Source: Escherichia coli
Lineage (GTDB): Bacteria > Pseudomonadota > Gammaproteobacteria > Enterobacterales > Enterobacteriaceae
NCBI RefSeq assembly: GCF_003334815.1
Contig: NZ_QOWO01000005.1
Reading direction: 5' to 3' (one strand)
Length of the DNA stretch: 64,000 nucleotides
The notes under the pieces are model-generated. The model ran no database searches. It had not been told where the DNA came from and worked only from the letters and a program-made list of their open reading frames with translations. The translations under genes and the position numbers were made by a program. Below are positions 26,879 to 37,407 of this stretch, one piece after another (the stretch's first letter is position 1; each line of letters opens with the position of its first letter).

Positions 26879-28765
26879 CTACTCTTCCATCGCCTGGCGG
26901 ATCTGATCCAACGACGCAGGATCATCAATGGTCGTCAGATCTCCAGGATCGCGTCCTTCGCAAATCGCCTGGATCGTGCGGCGCAGCATTTTTCCGGATC
27001 GCGTTTTTGGCAATTGCGAGACAAACCAGACGTGCGCCGGGCGGCCAAAGTTGCCAATCTGGCTGTCCACCAGCGCCATAATCGCCTTCTCTTGCGAGTG
27101 CGCCACATCACGATCTTCCAGACTGTCGCTCTCTTTCGGAATGACAAACGCCACCGCCACCTGCCCTTTCAGCGCATCTTTCACCCCAACCACCGCCACT
27201 TCGGCAACGCCCGGATGGCTGGAGATACTCTCTTCAATCTCGCGCGTCCCCAGCCGATGCCCGGCAACGTTAATTACATCGTCAGTGCGCCCGAGAATAA
27301 AGTGATAACCGTCAGCGTCACGGATGCCCCAGTCAAAGGTGGCGTACACCGGGCGGGAAAACAGCGACCAGTAAGTCTTCACAAAGCGGCCGTCGTCGCC
27401 CCAGATGGTCTGAATACACCCCGGCGGCAGCGGCCCTTCCACCACCAGCATCCCTTTCTCGTTGACGCCACACGGTTCGCCGGTGACTTCATTAAGCAAC
27501 TGCACGTTATAGCCATACATCGGCACACCGGGGCTTCCCAGACGCGTCGGCCTGTCGTCCAGACCGCGAGCAATCGCCATAATCGGCCAGCCGGATTCGG
27601 TCTGCCAGTAGTTGTCGATGACCGGCACATCCAGCGTATTGCTCACCCAACTGGCGGTCGGCTCGTCCAGCGGTTCTCCAGCCAGATAGAGCACTTCCAG
27701 CGACGAGAGATCGTGTTTGCGAATTTCAGCGGTAGGGAATTTTTTCAGCACGCGAATGGCGGTCGGCGCTGAGAACATCCGGCTAACCTGATATTTCTCG
27801 ACGATTTTCCACCACACGCCGCAGTCCGGCCAGGTCGGCAATCCTTCGTAAACGATAGTCGCCATCCCCGCCAGCAGCGGCGCGTAAACGATATACGAAT
27901 GCCCCACCACCCAGCCGATATCCGATGCGCAAAAGAACACGCTGCCCGCTTTGCCGCCAAAAATGGTGTCCATCGAGGTCGCCAGCGCCACCGCATATCC
28001 GCCGACGTCACGCTGCACGCCTTTAGGTTTGCCGGTCGTGCCGGAAGTGTAGAGAATGCAGGAGGTTTCGTTGGATTCCAGCCACGCCACCGGTACCCGC
28101 GCGCCGATGTGTTGATGGCGCAACGACGCGAAATCGACATCCCGCCCGCTGACGCGCGCCATTTTCGCCAGCCCGCGATCCACCAGCAAAACATGGCGTG
28201 GCTGGTGCTGCGCCTGACTTATCGCATCGTCGAGCAATTTTTTATAGGGAATGATTTTGCCACCGCGCGCTCCGGCATCAGCCGAGACAATCAGCACCGG
28301 TTTAGCGTCATCAATTCGCGCCGCCACGCTGTGCGAGGCAAATCCACCAAACACCACCGAGTGAATAGCGCCAATGCGCGCGCAGGCCAGCAGAGTAATA
28401 TGCGCTTCGGCAATCATCGGCATATACACCAGCACCCGATCGCCGCGCTGCACACCCAATGAACGCAACATTGAGGCCACCGCGTTCACTTCGTCATGCA
28501 GCTGACGAAAGGTAAAGGTGCGCTCTTCTTCTGTTTCCGAAGAGACGGCAATCAGCGCCAGCGCCTCTGGCTGTTTCTCCAGCCAGCGGTCGATGGCGTT
28601 GTGGCACAAGTTGGTTCGGCCTTCACAAAACCAACGGGCAAACGGCGGATTGCTGTGATCGAGCGTTTGCGTAAAGGGCGTCTGCCAGTCAATACGCCGG
28701 GCCTGCTCGGCCCAGAACTGCTCCGGTTCGTTAATCGAACGCTGATAAAATTCGCTAAAAGACAT
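26879..28765 (-). CDS. prpE: Propionyl-CoA synthetase
   Basis: 628 aa with the acyl-adenylate motif YTSGTTGKPKG. Last gene of prpBCDE. Confidence 0.96.
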   Translation of the reverse strand: MSFSEFYQRSINEPEQFWAEQARRIDWQTPFTQTLDHSNPPFARWFCEGRTNLCHNAIDRWLEKQPEALALIAVSSETEEERTFTFRQLHDEVNAVASMLRSLGVQRGDRVLVYMPMIAEAHITLLACARIGAIHSVVFGGFASHSVAARIDDAKPVLIVSADAGARGGKIIPYKKLLDDAISQAQHQPRHVLLVDRGLAKMARVSGRDVDFASLRHQHIGARVPVAWLESNETSCILYTSGTTGKPKGVQRDVGGYAVALATSMDTIFGGKAGSVFFCASDIGWVVGHSYIVYAPLLAGMATIVYEGLPTWPDCGVWWKIVEKYQVSRMFSAPTAIRVLKKFPTAEIRKHDLSSLEVLYLAGEPLDEPTASWVSNTLDVPVIDNYWQTESGWPIMAIARGLDDRPTRLGSPGVPMYGYNVQLLNEVTGEPCGVNEKGMLVVEGPLPPGCIQTIWGDDGRFVKTYWSLFSRPVYATFDWGIRDADGYHFILGRTDDVINVAGHRLGTREIEESISSHPGVAEVAVVGVKDALKGQVAVAFVIPKESDSLEDRDVAHSQEKAIMALVDSQIGNFGRPAHVWFVSQLPKTRSGKMLRRTIQAICEGRDPGDLTTIDDPASLDQIRQAMEE

Positions 28766-28804
28766 AATGCTCTCCTGTTGAACTTACGCCTTACCGCCGT
28801 TTAC

Positions 28805-30256
28805 TTAAATGACGTACAGGTCGAGATACTCATTGACCGGCATCTGTTCCAGGCGAGCTCTGTCGAGAGAAACCTCCAGAATGCGCTGCTGTTGGCGAGT
28901 CGGGAACTGGCGCGCGAGATTGATTTTGAATTTATCGACCAGTTTCGGAATACCATCCTGACGGCGGCGAGCATGACCAATGGGGTACTCCACCACCACT
29001 TCTTCAAATCGTGTGCCGTCGGTGAACTCAAGGGTAATGGCATTGGCGATGGCGCGTTTTTCCGGGTCGTGGTAGTCAGCGGTAAATGCCGGATCTTCAA
29101 AGCAATTGATCTTCTCGCGCAGGGCGTCAATGCGTTTATCTTGCGCAACGTTGTCCTCGTAATCTGCCGCCGTTAAGCGCCCGAATAGCAGCGGGATCGC
29201 CACCATGTACTGAATGCAGTGATCGCGGTCTGCCGGGTTATTGAGCGGCCCTTTTTTGTCGATGATGCGAATACAGGCTTCGTGGGTGCGAATGGTCACT
29301 TTTTCGATATCCGCCGCCGTTTTGCCTGCTGCCTGCATCTGTTCATAGAGCGTCATCGCTGCTTCAACTGCCGTCTGGGAGTGGAACTCCGCCGGGAAGG
29401 AGATTTTGAACAGCACATTTTCCATAACGTAGGAACCGTACGGGCGCTGGAAGCGGAACGATTCACCTTTAAAGGAGACGTCGTAGAAGCCCCACACCGG
29501 CGCAGTCAGGGCTGACGGGTAACCCATTTCGCCCGTTTTCGCCATCAGTGCCAGACGTACCGCGCGGGAAGTGGCATCGCCCGCCGCCCAGGATTTACGC
29601 GTGCCGGTGTTCGGCGCATGGCGATAGGTGCGCAGCGACTGACCGTCCACCCACGCCAGCGAAACGGCGTTGAGAATTTCCTCGCGGGTCAGGCCGAGCA
29701 TTTCGGCGACCACGGCGGTGGAAGCCACTTTCACTAACAGAACGTGGTCGAGGCCGACGCGGTTAAAGGAGTTTTCCAGCGCGATGCAGCCCTGAATTTC
29801 ATGGGCTTTGATCATTGCGGTCAGCACCTGTTTCATGGTCAACGGCGCTTTGCCGCTGGCGACCGCGTTGCGCGAAAGCCAGTCCGCCGTTGCCAGAATG
29901 CCGCCGAGGTTGTCGGAAGGATGGCCCCACTCCGCCGCCAGCCAGGTATCGTTGAAATCGAGCCAGCGGATCATCGCGCCGATGTTAAATGCCGCCTGGA
30001 CGGGGTCGAGCTGGAACTGAGTTCCGGGGACGCGCACGCCGTTGGGTACGACGGTGCCGGGAACAATTGGCCCCAGCAGTTTTTTACAGGCCGGGTATTC
30101 GAGAGCTTCCAGACCGCAGCCGAGCGTGTCGAGCAGGCAGTAATGTGCGGTGTCGTAGGCCACTTTAGAGCTGATTTCGTAGTTCATGACGTAATCGACG
30201 ATATCAACGATTTCACGATCAAATTCCGGGCGGATGTTGTTGATTTGAGCTGACAT
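28805..30256 (-). CDS. prpD: 2-methylcitrate dehydratase
   Basis: 483 aa, MmgE/PrpD family, starting [23 protein letters not shown]...; recognised. Confidence 0.96.
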
Positions 30257-30289
30257 TGGGTACGTTTCCTTATTGTTATTCGTAGAGGT

Positions 30290-31459
30290 TTACTGGCGCT
30301 TATCCAGCGCGACAAACGGGCGGTCTTCCGGTCCAACATAATTGGCGGAAGGACGGATAATTTTGTTGTCCTGACGTTGTTCGATAATGTGCGCCGCCCA
30401 GCCGGTGACGCGGGCGATAACAAACAGTGGTGTGAACATCTCGGTGGGAACGCCCATCATGTTGTAGGAAACAGCAGAGAACCAGTCGAGATTGGGGAAC
30501 ATCTTTTTGCTCTCCCACATCACCGTTTCCAGGCGATCGGCGATGTTGTACATCTTCAGCGAGCCGCCTTCCTGCGAGAGCTGCTTCGCCACACGTTTAA
30601 TCACCTGGTGGCGCGGGTCAGCGATGGTGTAAACCGGATGACCAAAACCAATGACCACTTCTTTGTTTTCCACGCGCTTGCGGATATCTGCTTCGGCTTC
30701 GTCCGGCGTTTCGTAGCGTTGCTGGATCTCCAGCGACACTTCATTCGCCCCGCCGTGTTTTGGCCCGCGCAGTGCGCCAATCGCGCCAATAATCGCGGAA
30801 TACATATCAGAGCCGGTGCCCGCAATCACCCGACTGGTAAAGGTGGAGGCGTTAAACTCGTGTTCGGCGTACAGCACCAGCGAGATATGCATCGCCTTTT
30901 CCCAGCTTTGCGATGGCTTTTCGCCGTGCATCAGATGCAGGAAGTGACCGCCGATGGAGTCGTCATCGGTTTCCGGTTGGATGCGTTCGCCGTTGTGGCT
31001 GTAGTGATACCAATAAAGGAGAATCGAGCTAAGCGACGCCAGCAGTTTGTCGGCAATATCCCGCGCGCCAGAGACGGTATGCCCCTCTTTTTCTGGCAGC
31101 GTGCAGCCGAGCGCGGAAACACCGGTGCGCATAACATCCATCGGGTGCGACGCCGCCGGTAAGGCTTCCAGCACGGTACGCACGTTAGCCGGTAAACCGC
31201 GCAGGGCTTTCAGTTTCGTTTTGTAAGCGGCGAGTTCGTCACGGGTCGGCAGTTTGCCGTGGATCAGCAGATGCGCCACTTCTTCAAATTCGCAATGTTT
31301 CGCCAGATCAAGAATATCGTAGCCGCGGTAATGCAGGTCATTGCCACTTTTACCCACGGTGCAGAGCGCCGTATTGCCCGCCGGAACGCCAGAAAGTGCC
31401 ACAGATTTTTTCGGTTTAATGACATGGGTACTGTTTTGCAGGATCGTTGTGTCGCTCAT
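30290..31459 (-). CDS. prpC: 2-methylcitrate synthase
   Basis: 389 aa, citrate synthase family (GFGHPVY, ...HGGANE motifs). Confidence 0.96.
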   Translation of the reverse strand: MSDTTILQNSTHVIKPKKSVALSGVPAGNTALCTVGKSGNDLHYRGYDILDLAKHCEFEEVAHLLIHGKLPTRDELAAYKTKLKALRGLPANVRTVLEALPAASHPMDVMRTGVSALGCTLPEKEGHTVSGARDIADKLLASLSSILLYWYHYSHNGERIQPETDDDSIGGHFLHLMHGEKPSQSWEKAMHISLVLYAEHEFNASTFTSRVIAGTGSDMYSAIIGAIGALRGPKHGGANEVSLEIQQRYETPDEAEADIRKRVENKEVVIGFGHPVYTIADPRHQVIKRVAKQLSQEGGSLKMYNIADRLETVMWESKKMFPNLDWFSAVSYNMMGVPTEMFTPLFVIARVTGWAAHIIEQRQDNKIIRPSANYVGPEDRPFVALDKRQ

Positions 31460-31500
31460 GTTGTCCTCGTCATTGTTATCATTTGTAGGGTCGAGATTGT

Positions 31501-31787
31501 TGTCGGATGCGACGCTATGCGTCTTATCCGACCTACAGTTCAGTTCACCCCGTAGGCCTGATAAGTCGCGTCAGCGGCGCATCAGGCATCGGTTGTCGGA
31601 TGCGACGCTATGCGTCTTATCCGACCTACAGTTCAGTGCACCCCGTAGGCCTGATAAGTCACGTCAGCGGCGCATCAGGCATCGGTTGTCGGATGCGACG
31701 CCATCCGTCTTATCCGACCTACAGTTCAGTGCACCTCGTAGGCCTGATAAGTCGCGTCAGCGACGCATCAGGCATCGGCTGTCGAAT
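31501..31787. repeat. BIME: three tandem 93-bp double-REP units plus the start of a fourth
   Basis: TGTCGGATGCGACGCTATGCGTCTTATCCGACCTACAGTTCAG...GTAGGCCTGATAAGTCGCGTCAGCGGCGCATCAGGCATCGG starts at 31501, 31594 and 31687. TGTCGAAT follows at 31780. Confidence 0.92.
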
Positions 31788-31805
31788 ACAATCAACGGGC
31801 GTTTT

Positions 31806-32696
31806 TTATTTCACCTGGCTACGGGCAAACAGGTTGTCGAGCTTCTCTTCGTACTGGTAGTAGTTGATGCTTTCGTACAGCTCGTTGCGGGTCTGCATGG
31901 TGTCGATGACGCTTTTCTGCGTGCCTTCCTGGCGCAGGACGTTGTAGACATGTTCAGCGGCGCGGTTCATGGCGCGGAACGCTGAAAGTGGGTACAGCGC
32001 CATTGCGACATGGGCGCTGCGTAATTCGTCGGTGGTAAACAGCGGCGTGGCACCAAATTCGGTGATGTTGGCGAGGATCGGCACCTGCACCGCATCGGCA
32101 AACTGGCGGTACATGGCGAGTTCGGTAATCGCCTCCGGGAACAACATCTCGGCACCCGCTTCAACATAGGCCTGCGCACGCTCGATCGCCGCATCCAGCC
32201 CCTCTACCGCCAGAGCATCGGTGCGCGCCATGATCACAAAATCAGGATCGGTTTTCGCATCCACCGCCGCGCGGATCCGATCCACCATCTCTTCTTTCGA
32301 GACGATCGCTTTATTCGGACGATGACCGCAGCGTTTCGCACCAACCTGATCTTCAATATGCAATCCTGCCGCACCGGCTTTAATCATCGATTTCACGGTG
32401 CGCGCCACGTTAAAGGCCGAAGAACCAAAACCGATATCCGCATCCACCAGCAGCGGCAGCGAACAAACGTCGGTGATACGGCGAATGTCGGTCAGCACAT
32501 CATCAAGGGTAGAAATACCGAGATCGGGCAGCCCCAGCGAACCTGCCGCCACGCCACCGCCAGAAAGATAAATTGCCTGATATCCGGCACGCTGCGCCAA
32601 CAGCGCATGATTAGCGTTGATGGTGCCAACAATCTGCAATGGATTTTCTTTAGTCAGTGCAGCGCGAAACGCTTTACCTGGAGAGTGTAGAGACAT
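31806..32696 (-). CDS. prpB: 2-methylisocitrate lyase
   Basis: 296 aa, PEP mutase/isocitrate lyase superfamily with the KRCGH motif. Confidence 0.96.
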   Translation of the reverse strand: MSLHSPGKAFRAALTKENPLQIVGTINANHALLAQRAGYQAIYLSGGGVAAGSLGLPDLGISTLDDVLTDIRRITDVCSLPLLVDADIGFGSSAFNVARTVKSMIKAGAAGLHIEDQVGAKRCGHRPNKAIVSKEEMVDRIRAAVDAKTDPDFVIMARTDALAVEGLDAAIERAQAYVEAGAEMLFPEAITELAMYRQFADAVQVPILANITEFGATPLFTTDELRSAHVAMALYPLSAFRAMNRAAEHVYNVLRQEGTQKSVIDTMQTRNELYESINYYQYEEKLDNLFARSQVK

Positions 32697-32742
32697 AGCC
32701 CATCCTTTGTTATCAACTTGTTATTTGCGTTGATAAAGACAA

Positions 32743-32758
32743 AGCAAGGGGTGTGCCA
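32743..32758 (-). promoter_or_regulatory. Sigma-54 promoter of prpBCDE
   Basis: Minus strand reads TGGCACACCCCTTGCT, i.e. -24 GG / -12 GC with exact TGGCAC-N5-TTGC spacing. An IHF-like site TTTCAATTTGTTA lies at 32788-32800 between it and the upstream GTTTCA repeats. Confidence 0.85.
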
Positions 32759-32833
32759 CAATTGCCTTAATAAAATTAAATGTTTAATTTCAATTTGTTA
32801 GAGATAAAGTCATGAACTAATCCGCAAATATGC

Positions 32834-32891
32834 GTTTCAGTTAACGTTTCAGGCAATGTTTCACCGCGTTTCATTGCAACAATTATGAAAC
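32834..32891. promoter_or_regulatory. Candidate PrpR enhancer (GTTTCA repeats)
   Basis: GTTTCA at 32834, 32846, 32858 and 32868, with inverted TGAAAC at 32886. GTTTCAT-N10-ATGAAAC forms a dyad at 32868-32891. It sits about 80-145 bp upstream of the sigma-54 promoter. Confidence 0.5.
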
Positions 32892-32934
32892 AAGACTAAA
32901 CCCAATATTCGGTTTCTTAACTTTGCGGTGCGCT

Positions 32935-34521
32935 ATGGCACATCCACCACGGCTTAATGACGACAAACCGGTTATCTGGACGGTATCTGTAACGCGCCTG
33001 TTCGAGCTGTTTCGCGATATCAGCCTCGAGTTTGATCACCTGGCGAACATTACCCCTATTCAGCTTGGCTTTGAAAAAGCAGTGACCTACATCCGCAAGA
33101 AACTGGCAAACGAACGCTGTGACGCCATCATCGCGGCTGGCTCTAACGGCGCGTACCTGAAAAGCCGCCTGTCAGTGCCAGTTATTTTGATTAAACCGAG
33201 CGGCTACGATGTGTTACAGGCACTGGCAAAAGCCGGAAAACTCACCTCTTCTATCGGCGTTGTCACCTATCAGGAAACCATTCCAGCGCTGGTGGCGTTT
33301 CAAAAAACCTTTAATTTGCGCCTCGACCAACGTAGCTACATTACCGAGGAAGACGCACGCGGGCAGATTAACGAGCTAAAAGCTAACGGCACCGAAGCGG
33401 TGGTCGGCGCAGGGCTGATTACCGATTTGGCAGAAGAAGCCGGAATGACCGGAATTTTTATCTATTCCGCCGCCACCGTGCGCCAGGCGTTCAGCGATGC
33501 GCTGGATATGACGCGCATGTCGTTACGCCATAACACTCACGATGCCACCCGCAACGCCCTGCGTACTCGTTACGTGCTGGGCGATATGCTCGGTCAATCA
33601 CCACAGATGGAACAAGTACGGCAGACTATTTTGCTGTATGCCCGCTCCAGTGCGGCGGTGTTGATTGAGGGGGAAACGGGGACGGGCAAAGAGCTGGCGG
33701 CCCAGGCGATTCATCGGGAATATTTTGCCCGCCACGATGCGCGACAGGGCAAAAAGTCGCATCCGTTTGTTGCCGTCAACTGCGGGGCGATTGCCGAATC
33801 GCTGCTGGAAGCAGAACTGTTTGGCTATGAGGAAGGGGCGTTTACCGGCTCGCGACGCGGAGGTCGCGCCGGGCTGTTCGAAATTGCCCACGGCGGTACG
33901 CTGTTTCTGGATGAGATTGGCGAAATGCCGCTACCTTTGCAGACCCGGCTGCTGCGGGTGCTGGAAGAAAAAGAGGTCACCCGCGTCGGCGGGCATCAGC
34001 CTGTTCCGGTAGATGTACGGGTCATTAGCGCCACTCACTGCAATCTGGAAGAAGATATGCAGCAAGGACGTTTTCGCCGTGATCTGTTTTATCGGCTGAG
34101 TATTTTGCGTCTGCAATTGCCACCACTGCGCGAGCGGGTGGCGGATATTCTTCCGCTGGCGGAAAGCTTTTTGAAAGTGTCTCTGGCGGCGCTCTCCGCC
34201 CCATTTTCTGCTGCATTACGCCAGGGGTTACAGGCAAGTGAAACTGTGCTGCTGCACTACGACTGGCCAGGCAATATTCGTGAACTGCGCAATATGATGG
34301 AACGACTGGCGCTGTTTTTAAGTGTGGAACCGACGCCGGATTTAACGCCGCAGTTTATGCAACTGCTACTGCCGGAACTGGCGCGCGAGTCGGCGAAAAC
34401 TCCCGCTCCACGCTTACTGACACCACAACAGGCACTGGAGAAATTTAATGGCGATAAAACAGCAGCGGCGAATTATTTAGGCATCAGCCGGACGACGTTC
34501 TGGCGGCGGCTGAAAAGCTGA
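32935..34521 (+). CDS. prpR: Sigma-54-dependent activator of propionate catabolism
   Basis: 528 aa from [15 protein letters not shown]...; AAA+ Walker [15 protein letters not shown] sigma-54 contact motif, C-terminal Fis-type HTH. Confidence 0.96.
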   Translation: MAHPPRLNDDKPVIWTVSVTRLFELFRDISLEFDHLANITPIQLGFEKAVTYIRKKLANERCDAIIAAGSNGAYLKSRLSVPVILIKPSGYDVLQALAKAGKLTSSIGVVTYQETIPALVAFQKTFNLRLDQRSYITEEDARGQINELKANGTEAVVGAGLITDLAEEAGMTGIFIYSAATVRQAFSDALDMTRMSLRHNTHDATRNALRTRYVLGDMLGQSPQMEQVRQTILLYARSSAAVLIEGETGTGKELAAQAIHREYFARHDARQGKKSHPFVAVNCGAIAESLLEAELFGYEEGAFTGSRRGGRAGLFEIAHGGTLFLDEIGEMPLPLQTRLLRVLEEKEVTRVGGHQPVPVDVRVISATHCNLEEDMQQGRFRRDLFYRLSILRLQLPPLRERVADILPLAESFLKVSLAALSAPFSAALRQGLQASETVLLHYDWPGNIRELRNMMERLALFLSVEPTPDLTPQFMQLLLPELARESAKTPAPRLLTPQQALEKFNGDKTAAANYLGISRTTFWRRLKS

Positions 34522-34618
34522 ACTGCCGAATGCAGCGCGAACGCTTTATCCGGCATAAATTTCAATAGATGATCACCGATAAACTTACGCATCGGAGATG
34601 TTTACATAGGATTCAGAA

Positions 34619-34894
34619 TTACTTCTTCTTATAAATATTTGCCGTGCCGTGGATCTTATTGTCAGTTTGACCGGAGGTCAGTACCAACACATCAGCCCCT
34701 TTTTCATCCGCTTTTTTGATCAAATCTTCTTTTGCATCTGCAGTCGACATTTCATTGCTGGTTGAAATATCACCTATTTTTTCATACTGCGATTCAACTT
34801 TTTCAAATTCCGCTTTGGTCATCAATTCAGCGGCATAGACATTGGTAACGGCTAACGCTAACGCACCGACTAACATTTTAGAGATTATTTTCAT
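34619..34894 (-). CDS. yahO: Small periplasmic DUF1471 (YhcN family) protein
   Basis: 91 aa with signal peptide [21 protein letters not shown]. Paralogous in pattern to RclB in this window. Confidence 0.9.
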   Translation of the reverse strand: MKIISKMLVGALALAVTNVYAAELMTKAEFEKVESQYEKIGDISTSNEMSTADAKEDLIKKADEKGADVLVLTSGQTDNKIHGTANIYKKK

Positions 34895-35040
34895 ATTACG
34901 GCTCCAGAGTTGTTATCACACTATCACCCACCCACATTATTGGGTTGATTAATAATTAGTTCAGTCAGGGCATAAACGCCAGTAACCGGAAATAAGACAC
35001 TTTGTGATCTCTCTCGCACCCGATTATTTTTGGTAGAAAT

Positions 35041-35712
35041 ATGATGCAGTTAGTTCACTTATTTATGGATGAAATCACTATGGATCCTTTGCATGCCGTT
35101 TACCTGACCGTAGGACTGTTCGTGATTACTTTTTTTAATCCGGGAGCCAATCTCTTTGTGGTAGTACAAACCAGCCTGGCTTCCGGTCGACGCGCAGGGG
35201 TGCTGACCGGGCTGGGCGTGGCGCTGGGCGATGCATTTTATTCCGGGTTGGGTTTGTTTGGTCTTGCAACGCTAATTACGCAGTGTGAGGAGATTTTTTC
35301 GCTTATCAGAATCGTCGGCGGCGCTTATCTCTTATGGTTTGCGTGGTGCAGCATGCGCCGCCAGTCAACACCGCAAATGAGCACACTACAACAACCGATT
35401 AGCGCCCCCTGGTATGTCTTTTTTCGCCGCGGATTAATTACCGATCTCTCTAACCCGCAAACCGTTTTATTTTTTATCAGTATTTTCTCAGTAACATTAA
35501 ATGCCGAAACACCAACATGGGCACGTTTAATGGCCTGGGCGGGGATTGTGCTCGCATCAATTATCTGGCGAGTTTTTCTTAGTCAGGCGTTTTCTTTGCC
35601 CGCTGTGCGTCGTGCTTATGGGCGTATGCAACGCGTTGCCAGTCGGGTTATTGGTGCAATTATTGGTGTATTCGCGCTACGCCTGATTTACGAAGGGGTG
35701 ACGCAGCGGTGA
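35041..35712 (+). CDS. yahN: LysE/RhtB-family amino-acid exporter
   Basis: 223 aa, about 6 TM, with LysE-type N-terminal helix and FxxGLxxxLSNPQ motif (LITDLSNPQTVLFF). Confidence 0.88.
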   Translation: MMQLVHLFMDEITMDPLHAVYLTVGLFVITFFNPGANLFVVVQTSLASGRRAGVLTGLGVALGDAFYSGLGLFGLATLITQCEEIFSLIRIVGGAYLLWFAWCSMRRQSTPQMSTLQQPISAPWYVFFRRGLITDLSNPQTVLFFISIFSVTLNAETPTWARLMAWAGIVLASIIWRVFLSQAFSLPAVRRAYGRMQRVASRVIGAIIGVFALRLIYEGVTQR

Positions 35713-35728
35713 GCAGATAATTTACTCT

Positions 35729-35974
35729 CTACGTAATCAACCTGATTTGCCGAATCACGGCCATCGGCGATGATAGCCCCCGTAATGCGTGGTCCTTATT
35801 TCCGATAAGTTTACTTGAGTCTTTAGCTTCCCATTTCAGCCCACTCTCCCCTGTGTGGGCTTTTTTCATTGGTCTGCCCCATCCTGAATAGCCAAACAAT
35901 GGCAATGTTCCACTTTGCAGGGATGATAATAAGGGGATCTGATTCAGAAGAGTTTTGAAAAGTTGGACCGCCAT
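35729..35974 (-). CDS. yahM: Uncharacterised 81-aa protein YahM (coding status doubtful)
   Basis: ORF matches the annotated K-12 YahM (MAVQLFKTLLNQIPLL...), but I see no clear Shine-Dalgarno and its ATG lies inside the tRNA-like element described below. Confidence 0.45.
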   Translation of the reverse strand: MAVQLFKTLLNQIPLLSSLQSGTLPLFGYSGWGRPMKKAHTGESGLKWEAKDSSKLIGNKDHALRGLSSPMAVIRQIRLIT

Positions 35975-36044
35975 CGAGGCCTCGAACCCCGTACCATACA
36001 ACAATCCTGGTTGTCGTCTGCTCTTCCTGATGAGCTAATGGCGG
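35964..36044 (-). tRNA. tRNA-like sequence, probably a degenerate tRNA pseudogene (anticodon position reads GGA)
   Basis: Minus strand: CCGCCAT TA GCTC ATCAGGAA GAGC AGACG ACAAC CAGGATT GTTGT ATGGTA CGGGG TTCGAGG CCTCG ATGGCGG T CCA. All four helices pair, and U8, A14, GG in the D loop, the TTCGAG T loop and an encoded CCA are present. Aberrant features are 5 nt between the D and anticodon arms and no U33. Confidence 0.4.
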
Positions 36045-36386
36045 TTTTTGATATGAGCCTTACAGCATATTTTCTGTCAGGCTTGAGTGCGATGCGTAAG
36101 ATACAGAAAAGACCCCACGCAAACATGATGGAATTATGATTTTTTTCATATGAATGTCAACCAACACATTCACAAAACATCTGCATGAGATCATTTTTTA
36201 TACACCGCATGGCTGCGAAACCACTACTGGTGCTTTTTTAAGCGAAGTGTCGCCGATCACAACAAAATATCGGCGAAAAAAGAGATGGAATGCCAGTTGG
36301 CATACAGATATACAGATGAAATGATTACCTGCATTGCGATTCACTCTCAGGTGGAATAACAACTTGCAGGTGGAACCCTTTCTGAA

Positions 36387-37202
36387 CTAAAGAGTGTAGC
36401 GGATTTTAACGTGCTTATTTACAGGATAATATCTGTCACCTAATTCCTGCACTCTATTAGATATCCATTCATTTAATCGCGCATCATCTCTGTATGTTTT
36501 TACGTCCAGAACAGAGAGCAATAACATCACCAGTGATTCAGGAAAAACAGGGTAGATATTTTTTAAGTGTAATAATAATCCATGCGCAAGCGCCTGCTTA
36601 ATGGGCGCGTCTGTCTCCGGAATAGACGACATTTCGCGAAGCCATTTTTCCACATGCATACACTCTTTCCCTTTAGGGAAAATTCTCAGCAAAGGCATAT
36701 GGTATTCAAGAAGAATACATTTGCAATCTGTTCGCACTGAATCGATAAACTGCACTAATTTCTTAAGCCCGGTAAAGCGTCCAGCCTGCACGTTTGCTTT
36801 AATATCAAGAAACGCATCATCCTGGTCATATACCCAAACTGTCCCTTTTTGATTTTCAAGTATGTGAAAAACAAACTTAACCGGGTGATCAGGGTAATCC
36901 ATCCAGTCATAAAATCCAGGGAAATCATTAAACTGCACATTTATGGTGAGTGCGTTATCGTCTGACCACTCACAGTCTCGTACGGCAGCCATGAGATGAA
37001 TGAGTTTGTCGTCATCGACTAAATCATCACGACAATCATAAGGATAATCATAATATTGTTTAATCAAAACCTTGAATATATCGACACAGGAAACCAGGGA
37101 GCTTTTGATATCCTCTGGTAACTGATTGTTTTTAACCGTATTAAGTATGCTTTGTTGCGTATATGGCATCAAATTATTGTGCGGAGCTTTTAATGATATC
37201 AT
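36387..37202 (-). CDS. yahL: Uncharacterised acidic cytoplasmic protein YahL
   Basis: 271-aa ORF in strongly AT-rich DNA. No motif I can assign. Recognised as K-12 YahL. Confidence 0.8.
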   Translation of the reverse strand: MISLKAPHNNLMPYTQQSILNTVKNNQLPEDIKSSLVSCVDIFKVLIKQYYDYPYDCRDDLVDDDKLIHLMAAVRDCEWSDDNALTINVQFNDFPGFYDWMDYPDHPVKFVFHILENQKGTVWVYDQDDAFLDIKANVQAGRFTGLKKLVQFIDSVRTDCKCILLEYHMPLLRIFPKGKECMHVEKWLREMSSIPETDAPIKQALAHGLLLHLKNIYPVFPESLVMLLLSVLDVKTYRDDARLNEWISNRVQELGDRYYPVNKHVKIRYTL

Positions 37203-37369
37203 CGCGATCTCTCTTAAATAAAAATAAACGTCGCAGATAATAAAGCTCTGATTAAACCAGGCACTATCAGAAATCGCTCATAACTAACGTGTGAAGTATT
37301 GTGTACTGGAGGGCGTTAATTTAACAATTTAAATTTACGTTATAGGTTTTACTGCTACTTTGATATTAT

Positions 37370-37407
37370 TTCGCTCTCCTTAACTAAAAAGTTAAGTGGA
37401 GAGCGAA
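37370..37407 (-). terminator. Hairpin downstream of yahK (possible terminator)
   Basis: TTCGCTCTCCTTAAC (37370-37384) pairs with GTTAAG-TG-GAGAGCGAA (37391-37407), giving 15 bp with a 2-nt bulge, 38 nt after the yahK stop. There is no clean U-tract. Confidence 0.4.

Noticed and set aside
31501-31787. A regular repeat array that could be mistaken for a CRISPR array.
   Set aside because: The units abut directly with no unique spacers, the period is 93 bp, each unit is a pair of classical REP palindromes, and there are no cas genes or leader.
31341-31985. 214-aa plus-strand ORF with an internally repeated peptide ([30 protein letters not shown] three times).
   Set aside because: It is simply the translation of the three tandem 93-bp BIME units, and it then runs antisense into prpB. 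There is no RBS, and the repeat period equals the REP unit.
36045-36120. A possible sigma-70 promoter for the tRNA-like element (CTGACA, then about 18 nt, then TCATAT, ending 7 nt before the first base).
   Set aside because: The -10 matches only 3 of 6 positions, which is too weak to call from sequence alone.
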